Shown: positions 10,132 through 19,941 of the stretch, in pieces
Position numbering within the stretch: the stretch's first letter is position 1
Layout of the letters: each line of letters starts with the position of its first letter
Virus record (IMG/VR): IMGVR_UViG_3300049847_000198
Span: 48,082-112,081 of that record
Source of the DNA: a virus
Direction: 5' to 3' (one strand)
DNA length: 64,000 nt
The notes under the pieces: model-generated
Told to the model about the DNA's origin: nothing
The model's input: the letters and a program-made list of their open reading frames with translations, nothing else
Database searches by the model: none
Program-made: the position numbers and the translations under genes

Positions 10132-10145
10132 GTGCCACCTGACAC
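10132..10145. repeat. Degenerate parS-like palindrome (GTGCCACCTGACAC)
   Basis: One arm mismatch; flanks GA...TCGAAA conserved; intergenic. Confidence 0.6.
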
Positions 10146-10314
10146 TCGAAAGTTAGCTAAGCAATCGAGCATAGATGTCTCTGGTTTTCAGGAAGTCCGT
10201 GGGTCTCAACCCACAGCGAAATCAATTGATCTTCCCAGCAATCCGAGCACAGACCATAAGGCGAACCGACAGGTTCATCGTAGCGGAACAGTTGTCCGCA
10301 ATCGCAGCGTTGAT

Positions 10315-10560
10315 CTACGTCGAATTGCTCTCGTTCTTCTGGCATGGAATCACCTCGTTCGCTCGCTTCTTGTCGTAGATCTCTTCTCGATCAATCTCCA
10401 CGTTTGAGTCCGCCTCAAAAGATAGCCTGCAAGCACTCGCTTTTCCGTGATCTCCAGTGATTAGCCGAGAAACCTGAATTTCGATCTTCGTTGGCAACAA
10501 AGACGGAGGCACGACAATCAACACCTTCTCGTTCTGTTTTCTCGTAAGAACCAAAGCCAT
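10315..10560 (-). CDS. csrA: Carbon storage regulator CsrA-like protein
   Basis: MALVLTRKQNEKVLI...LSFEADSNVEIDREEIY. Confidence 0.8.
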   Translation of the reverse strand: MALVLTRKQNEKVLIVVPPSLLPTKIEIQVSRLITGDHGKASACRLSFEADSNVEIDREEIYDKKRANEVIPCQKNESNST

Positions 10561-10634
10561 GCCAGCAGTCCTTTGCGTTTGAGATGGCGGATTTTAGCGT
10601 GTTCGTTATAGGAAACGCAAGTCTATTGCGTGGT

Positions 10635-10922
10635 TTATTCCTCTGGATGAAACGCCGACCACAGGTTATCGACCTGCTTCAAGATGTTTCTTGCAATTGG
10701 AAGCTGGAAGCATCTTGACCCATTTCCGGGATCTCCGTCGTAGTGCATTTGAACGTAGCCAGGCTGAACTCCGTCAGACCTGAGATCGGACAAGTAAACC
10801 TCGATGCCTACACGATCATCGCCACGATACAGCACCATACTTCCGAACGTGTGGCATCTCTCAACAATCTTGAAACCATTCTTTATTAGACAGGACTCAA
10901 GAAAAGACAACTCGCGAGACAT
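10635..10922 (-). CDS. Hypothetical protein
   Basis: 95-aa ORF within an operon. Confidence 0.5.
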   Translation of the reverse strand: MSRELSFLESCLIKNGFKIVERCHTFGSMVLYRGDDRVGIEVYLSDLRSDGVQPGYVQMHYDGDPGNGSRCFQLPIARNILKQVDNLWSAFHPEE

Positions 10923-10925
10923 GAT

Positions 10926-11924
10926 TTAATCCTCATCCGGTTCTTCCGGTCTATTACGGGCGTTCCAATAGTCAACGGCTTCTTTCGGCTTCGTGTGTTT
11001 ACGACCCGGATCGTATCCGCAAACTTGGCACGTCATCGTCATGCGAGTGACCAATCCTTGAGGCGGCGCAAGCGCCACCTGAAACTTCCTGAGCCTGACA
11101 TGCTTGCTGTCCTTGCCTGCCTGAAGGCACTTGCGGCATTCCAAAACAAGATGCTTCGTGCCATCAACGTCGATCTCAATCAGCGGCCACTTCGTCTTGT
11201 CGTCCTTGTCTGACCAATCGTTGATGCGCCTGCCTTCAAGAAAAGCCTCTGCCGCTCTGCGATAGATTCGTCTCTGCTGTTCTTTCAGCATTGCTAGTTC
11301 TGGAATCTTCTCGGCAATCAGTTCTTTGTCGATGCCATCATCCAACTCGGACGCACTTGACCGCACCTGCCGCAGCGTGGTCATGGTCATGTCGAGGATG
11401 TCGTCGAGCTTCCAGCTTCGCTCTGAGATGAGCCATGCGATTGCTCCGTCGAGGCTGATCTTTTCTCCCGCTGACGGAGTTCTTTTTCGTAAATCCGAGA
11501 AAGCGGACGCCTCGTCCTGTCCAGAAGCGACCGCCAAGGCTTTGGAAAGAGACTGATAGACCACGACAAGATCATCTGTGTTTTCCAAGGCGAATAACAC
11601 GTCTTCATAGCCGACTCCGTTATCTCGCACTGCCTGCCACAACGAAAAGACTTTACCTTCTGGCGAACCAAGAAACCTCGCCTTGAGTTCTTCTTCACGT
11701 CCCAACCACAGGAATCGGCACTGCTTGATCCACTCGGCAACGAACGTCTTCTTGCGTAAGCACTCGCTTTTTTCTTGAAGCCTGCGAAGTTCATCAATCG
11801 GGTTATACAGCAGAGAGTTCAGGTACGATTCGATCTCGAAGATGTGCCGCAACGTGCGGCCTGAGACGGCAAGTTTCTTGCCACCCAGTTCTATGAATCC
11901 TCCAAACTGAGAGACGCCACGCAT
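10926..11924 (-). CDS. Putative tail assembly chaperone with C-terminal Lar-like Zn finger
   Basis: FLGSPEGKVFSLW and WKLDDILDMT motifs; C-terminal CRKC...CQVCG...EAVDYWNAR. Confidence 0.45.
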   Translation of the reverse strand: MRGVSQFGGFIELGGKKLAVSGRTLRHIFEIESYLNSLLYNPIDELRRLQEKSECLRKKTFVAEWIKQCRFLWLGREEELKARFLGSPEGKVFSLWQAVRDNGVGYEDVLFALENTDDLVVVYQSLSKALAVASGQDEASAFSDLRKRTPSAGEKISLDGAIAWLISERSWKLDDILDMTMTTLRQVRSSASELDDGIDKELIAEKIPELAMLKEQQRRIYRRAAEAFLEGRRINDWSDKDDKTKWPLIEIDVDGTKHLVLECRKCLQAGKDSKHVRLRKFQVALAPPQGLVTRMTMTCQVCGYDPGRKHTKPKEAVDYWNARNRPEEPDED

Positions 11925-12196
11925 TAAAGTTCCAAGAACTGTCTTTCGAGACAGGCAATCTCGTGGTCAACCGCCTTCAAGATCGCCTGACGCAAAAGTC
12001 CGCCAAGTTCGTCTTTGGCGTTGTCTAAATTAAACGTCCACCCAAGGTCGAATTGAATATCGCTGGCAACCTCGACGTGAGCATAGACGCTGCTCTCTGC
12101 TCGGTTCCTGAACTTAGCAAGCTGCTGTATTCTGGATTCGAGTGTCGTCGCCGATTCGACTCTCTGCTTGGCCACAACAAGTTCTTCGGACGTCAT
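11924..12196 (-). CDS. Hypothetical protein
   Basis: Helical 90-aa ORF coupled to the next gene. Confidence 0.55.
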   Translation of the reverse strand: MTSEELVVAKQRVESATTLESRIQQLAKFRNRAESSVYAHVEVASDIQFDLGWTFNLDNAKDELGGLLRQAILKAVDHEIACLERQFLEL

Positions 12197-12425
12197 CGTT
12201 TGGCTTTCTTTTCATAAAACACAAAACCAATCATTCTGTGAAACGAATTCTGGTCTCACGGTCTCGAAGACGCGAGAGATCATCCATTCCACATCCAGAC
12301 ATCCTCGCAGTCGCACAGAACTACCAACTACCGCCAAGGACGCAGTCAGCCACGCCGTAGTTCTCCATGTACCGCTCATTAAATCGCATTGAGTCAGCAT
12401 TGCAGCGTCTTTCTTTTGAGTCGGT

Positions 12426-12453
12426 ATTTTACCAAAACGAACAAGGAACGCAA
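12426..12453 (-). promoter_or_regulatory. Phage promoter motif TTGCGT-N16-TAAAAT with GTTCGTTTTGG spacer
   Basis: Same spacer motif at four other intergenic sites. Confidence 0.65.
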
Positions 12454-12556
12454 GGGCCAGATACTGCGATTGACTCGCATGGCATGGATTTGGGACACAA
12501 CACCCGAATTTGACGCCGAACGGGACCATTAAGCCCGATCAACTAAAACTCTTTTA

Positions 12557-13108
12557 GTGGAGATTCGTACAGTGGGAAATTGCGCGTATTCGAGCGGCTC
12601 GATGGCCAGGGTGTGGTGTACGCAAGTAACCAGCGGGAATTGCAGTAATGCGCCGTTCTCGTCAGGCACTACGTTTTCGCCGTCCTACGCTGGTCTCGAC
12701 ACGACTTCAGCCGACTTTGTCGGTGCATTGGAGTCTTTCAACATCAACTACGGCCGAGAAATCCAGACCGTCAACACGGCCGAGCTTCTCGGAGCAACGG
12801 GCACGGTACGTGGTGTTGCTGGCGGAACCGGAGAAATGGTCGTCGTGACGGATGTTGACAATCCGATCGGAGACATCATCCAGTCTGGCGCTCTGTACGA
12901 CTTTGTCGTCACGGTCGGCAAGCTGGTTTCTGGCGTCGTTGTGCCCGTCAATGCGACAGACGCTGATGCTGAAAAAATCACTGGTCGCGTGCGATTCGGT
13001 CCCTGTCAGTTGACGCTCAACGAGAACGGAGAGGTTATGCGAGGCACGTTCCCGTACACCTGCCACGGACTTGCGTATGGCTTGGTCTTGGGTGCGTCTG
13101 ATTCGTAA
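12557..13108 (+). CDS. Putative major tail tube protein
   Basis: Beta-rich 183 aa; ESFNINYGREIQTVNT...GGTGEM...GTFPYTCHG pattern. Confidence 0.55.
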   Translation: MEIRTVGNCAYSSGSMARVWCTQVTSGNCSNAPFSSGTTFSPSYAGLDTTSADFVGALESFNINYGREIQTVNTAELLGATGTVRGVAGGTGEMVVVTDVDNPIGDIIQSGALYDFVVTVGKLVSGVVVPVNATDADAEKITGRVRFGPCQLTLNENGEVMRGTFPYTCHGLAYGLVLGASDS

Positions 13109-13146
13109 AATGATGACCACTTGACTGTTTAATCTCCAGTGAATAC

Positions 13147-13184
13147 AAGGCTGCCATGAATCATCATGGCAGCCTTTTTCTTTT
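13147..13184 (+). terminator. Intrinsic terminator-like hairpin
   Basis: Perfect 13-bp stem AAGGCTGCCATGA/TCATGGCAGCCTT, then a T tract. Confidence 0.7.
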
Positions 13185-13193
13185 GGAGAACTA

Positions 13194-14678
13194 ATGAACA
13201 TTTCGCGAGAAGATTTACAAAAGCTGATTATTGTCAAGGACTCTGGATGCTGGCACTGGAACGGAACAATTCATCTTCCTCACTACTGCCATGTGATTGT
13301 CGATGGCGAGAAATGCAACGCTCGTCGAGTGGTTAGGCAAGTTTTTGGACCACCATTCAACGAAAATCTTGCCCTGCTAAAGACCTGTAAAAACAACTAC
13401 TGCGTTGCGCCTGCGCATCACCTGACCGGCGATGAACGGTTTCTGAAAAACTACGCCGTCTCGGAAACTGGCTGCCATGAATGGAAGGGCGGGATTACGG
13501 TTAATGGATACGGAGTGACAGGGAACGGAGGTGGTTGCAAAAGAGCGCACAGGAGAATGTGGGAATTGAAGGTTGGTCAAATCCCGCAAGGGATGGTCAT
13601 CAGGCACCTATGCCATAATCGAAAATGTGTTAATATCGACCACTTAGCAGTTGGCACACACCAAGACAATATGGACGACATGGTTAAGGCTGGCAGAGCC
13701 TGTAACGGATGGAAGAACGGCAATTACAAGAAGTCTTACCTAGATGAAAAAGACATCCTCGAAATCAGGCAACTTGCCTCCGAAGACGAGTTTACTCTAT
13801 GGGAAATCGCCGAGGCTTACGGAGCCGATGTAAGCTATATCTCAGACATCGCAAAAGGTGATTGCTGGCCACAGGTTGGCGGACCAAGAACGAAAAGAGA
13901 AGACGATCCGGTTTTCAAATACATCACCAAGGGCAGCGAAAAGTTCAACGCCAAGATCACCGAGTCCGACGCAGTTCGTATCAGAGAACTATGCGACGAA
14001 GGAGTTCTCACACAGGGACAGATTGGAGATCAGTTCGGCATCGACCAAACAGAAGTCTCTGACATCGCTCACGGAATCATCTGGAAACACGTTGGAGGGC
14101 CGATTGTTGAAGGCCACTACCTGCCGACAAACCGAGAATACGACGTTGGCGAAGACCATCACGCAGCCAAGATCACTGAGATCGACGTCAAAGAGATTCG
14201 CAGGCTGTATGCCACAAAAGAAATGAATCAACAGCAGCTTGCCGAGCGATACGGACTAAAGCAGTGCCATGTATCCGACATCGTACTGAGTGTCTCGTGG
14301 AGTCACGTTCCGGCAGAGCATGAGATCAAAAAGAAAACCACTGGCGTAAACTCGCAAGGCAAAGCCTGCAAACTGACAGAAAATGATGTTATTCAAATGC
14401 GAGACTGCTACCGCAACGGAGCATCGTTCTCTGAAATTGCCAAAATGTTCAAAATCTCTCCAGATGCCGCCAGAAGCACGATCATTGGACTACGATGGAG
14501 TCATGTTCCCGGAGCGATTCCCGACGCCGGAAGAAACATCACAGAGAAGGATGCGATCAAGATAAAGGCGATGCTACGAGATGGAGAGAAGCCTAGATCA
14601 ATCGCAAAAGAACTAGGAGTCAAGCCGGGCGTTGTCTACAAAATATCAAGCGGTCAGTCATGGTCTCATGTGTCTTAG
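13194..14678 (+). CDS. HNH homing endonuclease with five C-terminal HTH repeats
   Basis: CHEWKG..GYG..AHRRMW..RHLCHNRKCVNIDHL..GTHQDN; five KxTExD..IR..W-x-HV-type repeats. Confidence 0.85.
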   Translation: MNISREDLQKLIIVKDSGCWHWNGTIHLPHYCHVIVDGEKCNARRVVRQVFGPPFNENLALLKTCKNNYCVAPAHHLTGDERFLKNYAVSETGCHEWKGGITVNGYGVTGNGGGCKRAHRRMWELKVGQIPQGMVIRHLCHNRKCVNIDHLAVGTHQDNMDDMVKAGRACNGWKNGNYKKSYLDEKDILEIRQLASEDEFTLWEIAEAYGADVSYISDIAKGDCWPQVGGPRTKREDDPVFKYITKGSEKFNAKITESDAVRIRELCDEGVLTQGQIGDQFGIDQTEVSDIAHGIIWKHVGGPIVEGHYLPTNREYDVGEDHHAAKITEIDVKEIRRLYATKEMNQQQLAERYGLKQCHVSDIVLSVSWSHVPAEHEIKKKTTGVNSQGKACKLTENDVIQMRDCYRNGASFSEIAKMFKISPDAARSTIIGLRWSHVPGAIPDAGRNITEKDAIKIKAMLRDGEKPRSIAKELGVKPGVVYKISSGQSWSHVS

Positions 14679-15058
14679 GTTGAGACGATTTCGGTGGCCG
14701 TTTTCATTTTCGCAACCTCATCCGGATTCTCGTCACGCCACTGCTGCCAGCTTTCGTCTGTCAGCTTGTGCATGATCCAAGAAGGATGATCGGCAGTTGG
14801 CAAGAACTGTTCTTCCTCATGGAAACATCGCTCGCACAGTTGCAGATGTGAAAGGTGATGTGGCGATGAATGAAACCGCAGATGCTTGGCACAGAAATAC
14901 AATCCGCAGCCATGCTCGCCGCCATACGGTTCACTGCCGCAGACATAGCTGAGTCCACGATCAATCTCGGCCATGCAGCCGGGATGATCGCAGTACGCTG
15001 GTACGGCATATCCGATGTCGCGTAACCACTGACTGTCGTATCCGAGACCCCAAGACAT
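14675..15058 (-). CDS. Conserved phage Cys/His-rich protein
   Basis: RDIGYAVPAYCDHPGC...CGLYFCAKH. Confidence 0.65.
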   Translation of the reverse strand: MSWGLGYDSQWLRDIGYAVPAYCDHPGCMAEIDRGLSYVCGSEPYGGEHGCGLYFCAKHLRFHSSPHHLSHLQLCERCFHEEEQFLPTADHPSWIMHKLTDESWQQWRDENPDEVAKMKTATEIVST

Positions 15059-15062
15059 CGTT

Positions 15063-15266
15063 TCATCCTTCCTTCACTTCATCGACAACAGCGATTGAAA
15101 AATATCCCATCCTGCCGTTCTTCTCAGCGTGAAATTCCATACGACCGACGTTCGGACTTCCTCCGACCAACTGCGCCGATATCGACTGGATGATCTTCAT
15201 CGCTTCGTGTGACGAGACGAGCACCATGATGCCGCTGTCGCCGTGCTCCCATGCTTCGATCTTCAT
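15063..15266 (-). CDS. Hypothetical protein
   Basis: ATGA overlap with the upstream gene. Confidence 0.5.
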   Translation of the reverse strand: MKIEAWEHGDSGIMVLVSSHEAMKIIQSISAQLVGGSPNVGRMEFHAEKNGRMGYFSIAVVDEVKEG

Positions 15267-15649
15267 CGTTGACTCCAGATCGCAACAAAAAGAATCACTG
15301 CTGCCGCCAACGCCGCGACACGCAACCACTTGTTCTTCGGCTTCTCGGCTTCGTAAGCAACGAACGTCGCATCGACATTACCAACATCGCAGCCAAACAG
15401 AACCTGCCTCGGAACTCCAGACATCTTGTAACTCATGTCTGTGAACACGCGAAACTTCATGGCGTTGTAGTCGTCAGGCTTTGGCATCTGCGGTTCAAGC
15501 CACTTGAATTCCATCGGTTCGATTGGCGTGAACACAGATGGCAGCTTCGTCAAGAACTCATCCTCGCACTTGCGGCGCAGCTTCTCTTGCAGTGCAACCA
15601 GTTCTTCGAGGTTCACCTGCGTTGTGGTCGTTGACCAGTTGGTTTGCAT
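15263..15649 (-). CDS. Hypothetical protein with C-terminal TM helix
   Basis: WLRVAALAAAVILFVAIW; GGAGGAG RBS. Confidence 0.6.
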   Translation of the reverse strand: MQTNWSTTTTQVNLEELVALQEKLRRKCEDEFLTKLPSVFTPIEPMEFKWLEPQMPKPDDYNAMKFRVFTDMSYKMSGVPRQVLFGCDVGNVDATFVAYEAEKPKNKWLRVAALAAAVILFVAIWSQR

Positions 15650-15651
15650 TC

Positions 15652-15918
15652 TTATTCTCCTCCGACGTACTTATCGAATCGCTTCTTCGCTCGCTTGACG
15701 ATCCCTTCAAGAACGGCGATGTCATTCTTTGACAACAAATCTTCTTGTGCGGCAAACATGATCGGACACCAGAACCCGAAGTTTTGCTCAAGTTCCGTTG
15801 TCGCAACCAGAAGACCTCTCGCTTCATTAGCGTCCAGTGCTTTCAAAGAAAGCGAACCAACGCCTTTCGATAGACAAACTGACTTTCCACGACCAAACGC
15901 CGTCTTCGTGAGTCTCAT
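15652..15918 (-). CDS. Hypothetical protein
   Basis: GAAAGGCAA RBS. Confidence 0.55.
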   Translation of the reverse strand: MRLTKTAFGRGKSVCLSKGVGSLSLKALDANEARGLLVATTELEQNFGFWCPIMFAAQEDLLSKNDIAVLEGIVKRAKKRFDKYVGGE

Positions 15919-15930
15919 TTTATTTGCCTT

Positions 15931-18885
15931 TCACTTCGAGTTGATAATCCCCAGAACCTCGCTCGGAGCGAGCGGCTTCCACTTGTTGTTCGCCAGCTTG
16001 TCGATCAACGCCGATGCGTGCGTGAAAGAAATCCGGTCAGGGTCGATGCCAGCCTTCGCAATCACCTTCGCCTGCTTGTAAGTGCAGAGCTTTTCTTTTC
16101 TTCGCTGCCCAATCCGATCCAGTGTTGCCGCCGCCATCGTGAACGACATCTTCGACATCTCTTCTGGCTTCACTCCATAGTGACCGAGAGCGTCGATCAT
16201 CTTCTGTGACGGCTTACGATTGCGATGCCACTCTGGTTCACGAATCGCATGGACGTGCAGCACATGAAAAACATCCACCTTCTGTCGCGTGTACGCAACC
16301 TTCGCTTCGATCATCTTCCGCTTATCGGCATCCAACGCAAGACGTGCCATCTCTCGCTTCTGGCGTTCCGCTTCCAGTTCTTCTTCGGCCTTCTCCAAGG
16401 CTTCGACGGCGTTCTTTGGTCCGTTGCCGTCTTTCGCGTTCTCGTTCGCACGAGCAACCACTTCGTCAGGCATGTTGCCACCGAGAATGTCGATAGCAGA
16501 GACGAGCGAGTGTCGTGTGTTTCCCACAAAATCTATGGCAGTCATCGTTTTTTTACCAGACTGCTCAATAGCCGATCTGCGTTCTTCTGGAGTGCCTAGT
16601 CGCCACCAATCTCCGTTCTCGTTTTTTCCTTCGATGACATTCGGAAGAACTCGCGTTCCACGTCCAATCTGCTGAGCAACCACAGAGCGAGACTTAGTTG
16701 GTCTTCCGAGTGCGATATACTGCGTAATTGGTGCATCAAAGCCTTCGACGCAGTTTCCCATCACAGTCACTGTTCCACGCCTTCTTGTGATGATGTTTTT
16801 GCTCTGCGTACTGACGCACCAAACTTTTTCAGATTTCCAGTTATCTTCGACTTGTAGAGAGTGCCCTTTTGTTGTTTTGTGTATCTTGGTTTTCTTTAAG
16901 CAAATCTGATTCAGTCGCCTGCTGTTTTCTCCATTAAAAGAATCGTGAACAGAAGCCCTGTACCCACGACAGCAAGCTATCGCTTGGATTAGATCAAACA
17001 ACTGCTTGTTAGCACCGCACACATAGAAGGAGTCGCCCTCAGGCCGTATGCTGTTTTTGTGGTCCGTTCCATTTGCCATCCACCAACCGTAGAGAAAACA
17101 GTCGAACTGCTCGTTACTGAACCCCCAGTAAAGTTCGCTGCCAGACTTTTTTAGATATGGCTCAAGGCGATAAACGCCACGCCTAGCCTGTGGTCCAGAA
17201 CCAGTTCCGCGAGGCAAAGACCAACTATGTCCATCTGCCTTGAATGTCCCGGATTTCTTGTTCCTCTCAATCTTGTCTATGCCGCACTTATCGAGAAGGT
17301 GATTGACTCGATCTATGATCGCTGGATTCTTGTTTGGTTGGAAAAGTTTGTACTCGATCCCGCCAGTCTTGAGTCGGGATGAAGTTCCGTCGCCAACCCA
17401 AAACCCAATTAACTCACATTCTTCAAGAGTTAATTCCGGTGGATTTGAATACTTAAAACTGGCAAGATATTCGACTCGCCTAATAGCCTCGGCCTTGGCC
17501 TCAGTCTTTCCTAGGCCCCTCTTTCTTAGTTCATAAGAGAGAGAACGTATCTTTGAAGGAGTAACTTTCCTGGTCTCTTGAACTGGTTTCACATTAAATG
17601 GAACGGCAACGCCAGACACAGGCAACTCTACGGACAATCCAGACAACTGCTTGGCTGTTTTTTTCTTGAAATCACCATCCCTGAATGTGCGATATAAGAG
17701 ATCGTGGTCTTCTGTGACTCGAATTGACCTTCTTCCGGTGTCCAGTGACACCATTTTTTCTTCTGGAAGACGATCTCGCTTGATAAGTGAAATAGGCTTC
17801 TCGAACCACGCTTCTCCCTGATCCCAGTTAGCGATGAGGTGCTGGTCGGTGATTGAATCCATTCCAATAAAACCAGAGGATGTCAGGATTTCGGTTTCTG
17901 AATCAAGACATACTCCAACATTCACAAGCTGAGAGAACTCTCCCTTACGGAACGAATTGAATAGCCTTCTACGTCTATCCTTGTCTGAAGAAAGGACGCA
18001 CCACGGATACTCTTTACCGTCGTCAGGGACGCGAGACACGATGGCGTAGCTGGACCCGGATTGCTTGCGGCAGAATATCTCGCTTGTGCGCACCGCCTGC
18101 TCAACTCCAGCAGTGAACACGATCGTTGACTTACCGCCAGAAATGTCCCATGTGGCTTCAGTAACTCTGTGTAGCGGCTTTTCTTTAAGCATCTCCTGCT
18201 CAAGCTGTGAATCAATGAAATCTCCACAAGAGACGCCAACCGCGTCTAACTGAAGGTCTTCGACAAATACAGTTTCCTGTTCAATCGGAACAAGCCATCC
18301 GTCATTGATCGCAGACGGACCTCCGTTTGGACTGTAAAGCTGGTACTCGAAAGCGACCGCTTCAAAACTCTGGCCCAACGCCTGTTCGTCGCTCCTGTCT
18401 GGCGTCGCAGTAACAGACGCGACCCGACAAGCCGGATTGCCTTCAAGAAAGTAGTTCACTATATTTGAGTAAGTTTTGTTCGCCTGAACAAAATGATGGC
18501 CCTCATCAATGATTATCAAACAAATCTCTCGTGGGTCCGGGAATTCCGAACGAAGCCTTTCTAGCCTAAACAAAGTTTGAACGCTGGCAAAAGTGATTCG
18601 AGATTTGAACTTGTTGCCTACTCGCGTCTGTTTCTGTTGTACGATGTCGCCAAAGTCGTCGTACAGATCACGCCACATTGCGTGCGGCTGAGTGACGAGT
18701 TCCTCTCGGTGAGCGAGCCACAGAACTTTTCCACCATCACTGCCGGCCGCAACAGACAGAGAAATGACAGTTTTTCCGCATCCTGTCGGGAGTACGCTCA
18801 AGCATGATCGCTTATTCGTTAGCGTTCCAAGAATCGCGTCCCTGCACTCTATCTGATAGTCCCTCAAGAAGTCGTCACTAATCAT
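15931..18885 (-). CDS. SF2 DExH helicase containing an intein
   Basis: LRDYQ, LPTGCGKT, IIDEGHH, TATPDR, EGFD, QQIGRGTR. Confidence 0.92.
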   Translation of the reverse strand: MISDDFLRDYQIECRDAILGTLTNKRSCLSVLPTGCGKTVISLSVAAGSDGGKVLWLAHREELVTQPHAMWRDLYDDFGDIVQQKQTRVGNKFKSRITFASVQTLFRLERLRSEFPDPREICLIIIDEGHHFVQANKTYSNIVNYFLEGNPACRVASVTATPDRSDEQALGQSFEAVAFEYQLYSPNGGPSAINDGWLVPIEQETVFVEDLQLDAVGVSCGDFIDSQLEQEMLKEKPLHRVTEATWDISGGKSTIVFTAGVEQAVRTSEIFCRKQSGSSYAIVSRVPDDGKEYPWCVLSSDKDRRRRLFNSFRKGEFSQLVNVGVCLDSETEILTSSGFIGMDSITDQHLIANWDQGEAWFEKPISLIKRDRLPEEKMVSLDTGRRSIRVTEDHDLLYRTFRDGDFKKKTAKQLSGLSVELPVSGVAVPFNVKPVQETRKVTPSKIRSLSYELRKRGLGKTEAKAEAIRRVEYLASFKYSNPPELTLEECELIGFWVGDGTSSRLKTGGIEYKLFQPNKNPAIIDRVNHLLDKCGIDKIERNKKSGTFKADGHSWSLPRGTGSGPQARRGVYRLEPYLKKSGSELYWGFSNEQFDCFLYGWWMANGTDHKNSIRPEGDSFYVCGANKQLFDLIQAIACCRGYRASVHDSFNGENSRRLNQICLKKTKIHKTTKGHSLQVEDNWKSEKVWCVSTQSKNIITRRRGTVTVMGNCVEGFDAPITQYIALGRPTKSRSVVAQQIGRGTRVLPNVIEGKNENGDWWRLGTPEERRSAIEQSGKKTMTAIDFVGNTRHSLVSAIDILGGNMPDEVVARANENAKDGNGPKNAVEALEKAEEELEAERQKREMARLALDADKRKMIEAKVAYTRQKVDVFHVLHVHAIREPEWHRNRKPSQKMIDALGHYGVKPEEMSKMSFTMAAATLDRIGQRRKEKLCTYKQAKVIAKAGIDPDRISFTHASALIDKLANNKWKPLAPSEVLGIINSK
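16753..17910 (-). mobile_element. Intein (386 aa) with LAGLIDADG-type endonuclease
   Basis: Starts CLDSETEILT; block B VTEDH; LIGFWVGDG and FLYGWWMANG; ends TVMGN|C; splits motif V (LVNVGV|CVEGFD). Confidence 0.9.
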
Positions 18886-19038
18886 TTACTTTGCCTTTCA
18901 CTATTCGTTCTTTGCAAACAAGCCGACCAACGACTCAAGCGTTGGCACATACTTCGTCGGCTGCCACATCGCTGGCACGTTTTCATCACGCCATTTGTTG
19001 TTTCAATCCGCTGCTCACTTATCTGTGAGCAGAAAAAC

Positions 19039-19362
19039 TTACGGTCGATCCAAGCCTTTTAGTTTGCTCTTGCCGACTTCCGCACCGCAGACCAAGCACT
19101 CGTTAAAAGAATCACTACCACCTGCTGGGTCCGCGTGATACTTCGTGAAATCGTGGTGGCACAGATTGCGTGCGTCTTGCAAGTCCTTCGCCAGAAGCTG
19201 CATCCTCGACTTGTGATCGTCTTCGGCTGTTGCAATCTGCCGTTTGATTCTAGCGACTTCAGACGCGACGTTCTCGCAGGCACCGAGTTTGTTGGTTCTC
19301 TCTTTGCCTGAGAGATGGTCCATGCCGCAGATTTTCTCCACGACTTCGTTGGAGAGTTTCAT
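19039..19362 (-). CDS. Hypothetical protein with C-terminal Zn-binding motif
   Basis: CHH...ECLVCG. Confidence 0.55.
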   Translation of the reverse strand: MKLSNEVVEKICGMDHLSGKERTNKLGACENVASEVARIKRQIATAEDDHKSRMQLLAKDLQDARNLCHHDFTKYHADPAGGSDSFNECLVCGAEVGKSKLKGLDRP

Positions 19363-19658
19363 GTCGTCTCCTTCGGCTGGTGGTAGCCTTGAATCAAAGA
19401 AAGCATCGTTCGATACGGAGTTTCGTTGACCGGAATGAAGACCGCCACGTCGCCACCGCACATCAGTAGTTTGTGATACTCAACGACTTCAAATGCCACG
19501 TTCTCGGCGTATTCTTTGTCCCACACAAGAACTGGTGCCGCTCTGCTCTTCGGGACAGCAACGCGATTCGTTTCCGTCTGAACAAACTTGCCATCAGCAG
19601 GTCCGCCAACCATCAGGTATGGCGGAAAGTTACTTCCGTCTGGTCGTTCCATTTTCAT
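19359..19658 (-). CDS. Hypothetical protein
   Basis: VGGPADG motif; GAAAGGCA RBS. Confidence 0.55.
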   Translation of the reverse strand: MKMERPDGSNFPPYLMVGGPADGKFVQTETNRVAVPKSRAAPVLVWDKEYAENVAFEVVEYHKLLMCGGDVAVFIPVNETPYRTMLSLIQGYHQPKETT

Positions 19659-19941
19659 TGCCTTTCAAGAAACAGATCAGCGACCGGACTGTTTAAGACT
19701 CAGCTTCAGTCTTTCGACCTGAGACGACCCGTAGTTCGTCCCGGCGTGGCTTTTGGAATCCGCCTCCCGTTCCACTTCCGCTTTCGCGGAACACTGACCT
19801 GTCTTTGTTCATTTTAACGAACCACCAAAGAAATAAACAGACCGGGCGAGAAATTCTGCGGGCGTTCCCTCCCGCTGCGGCCCAATGCTGCTACCGATCC
19901 AAACTAGGACTCCCGCAGACATCTCGTCTCGCTGACACCAC

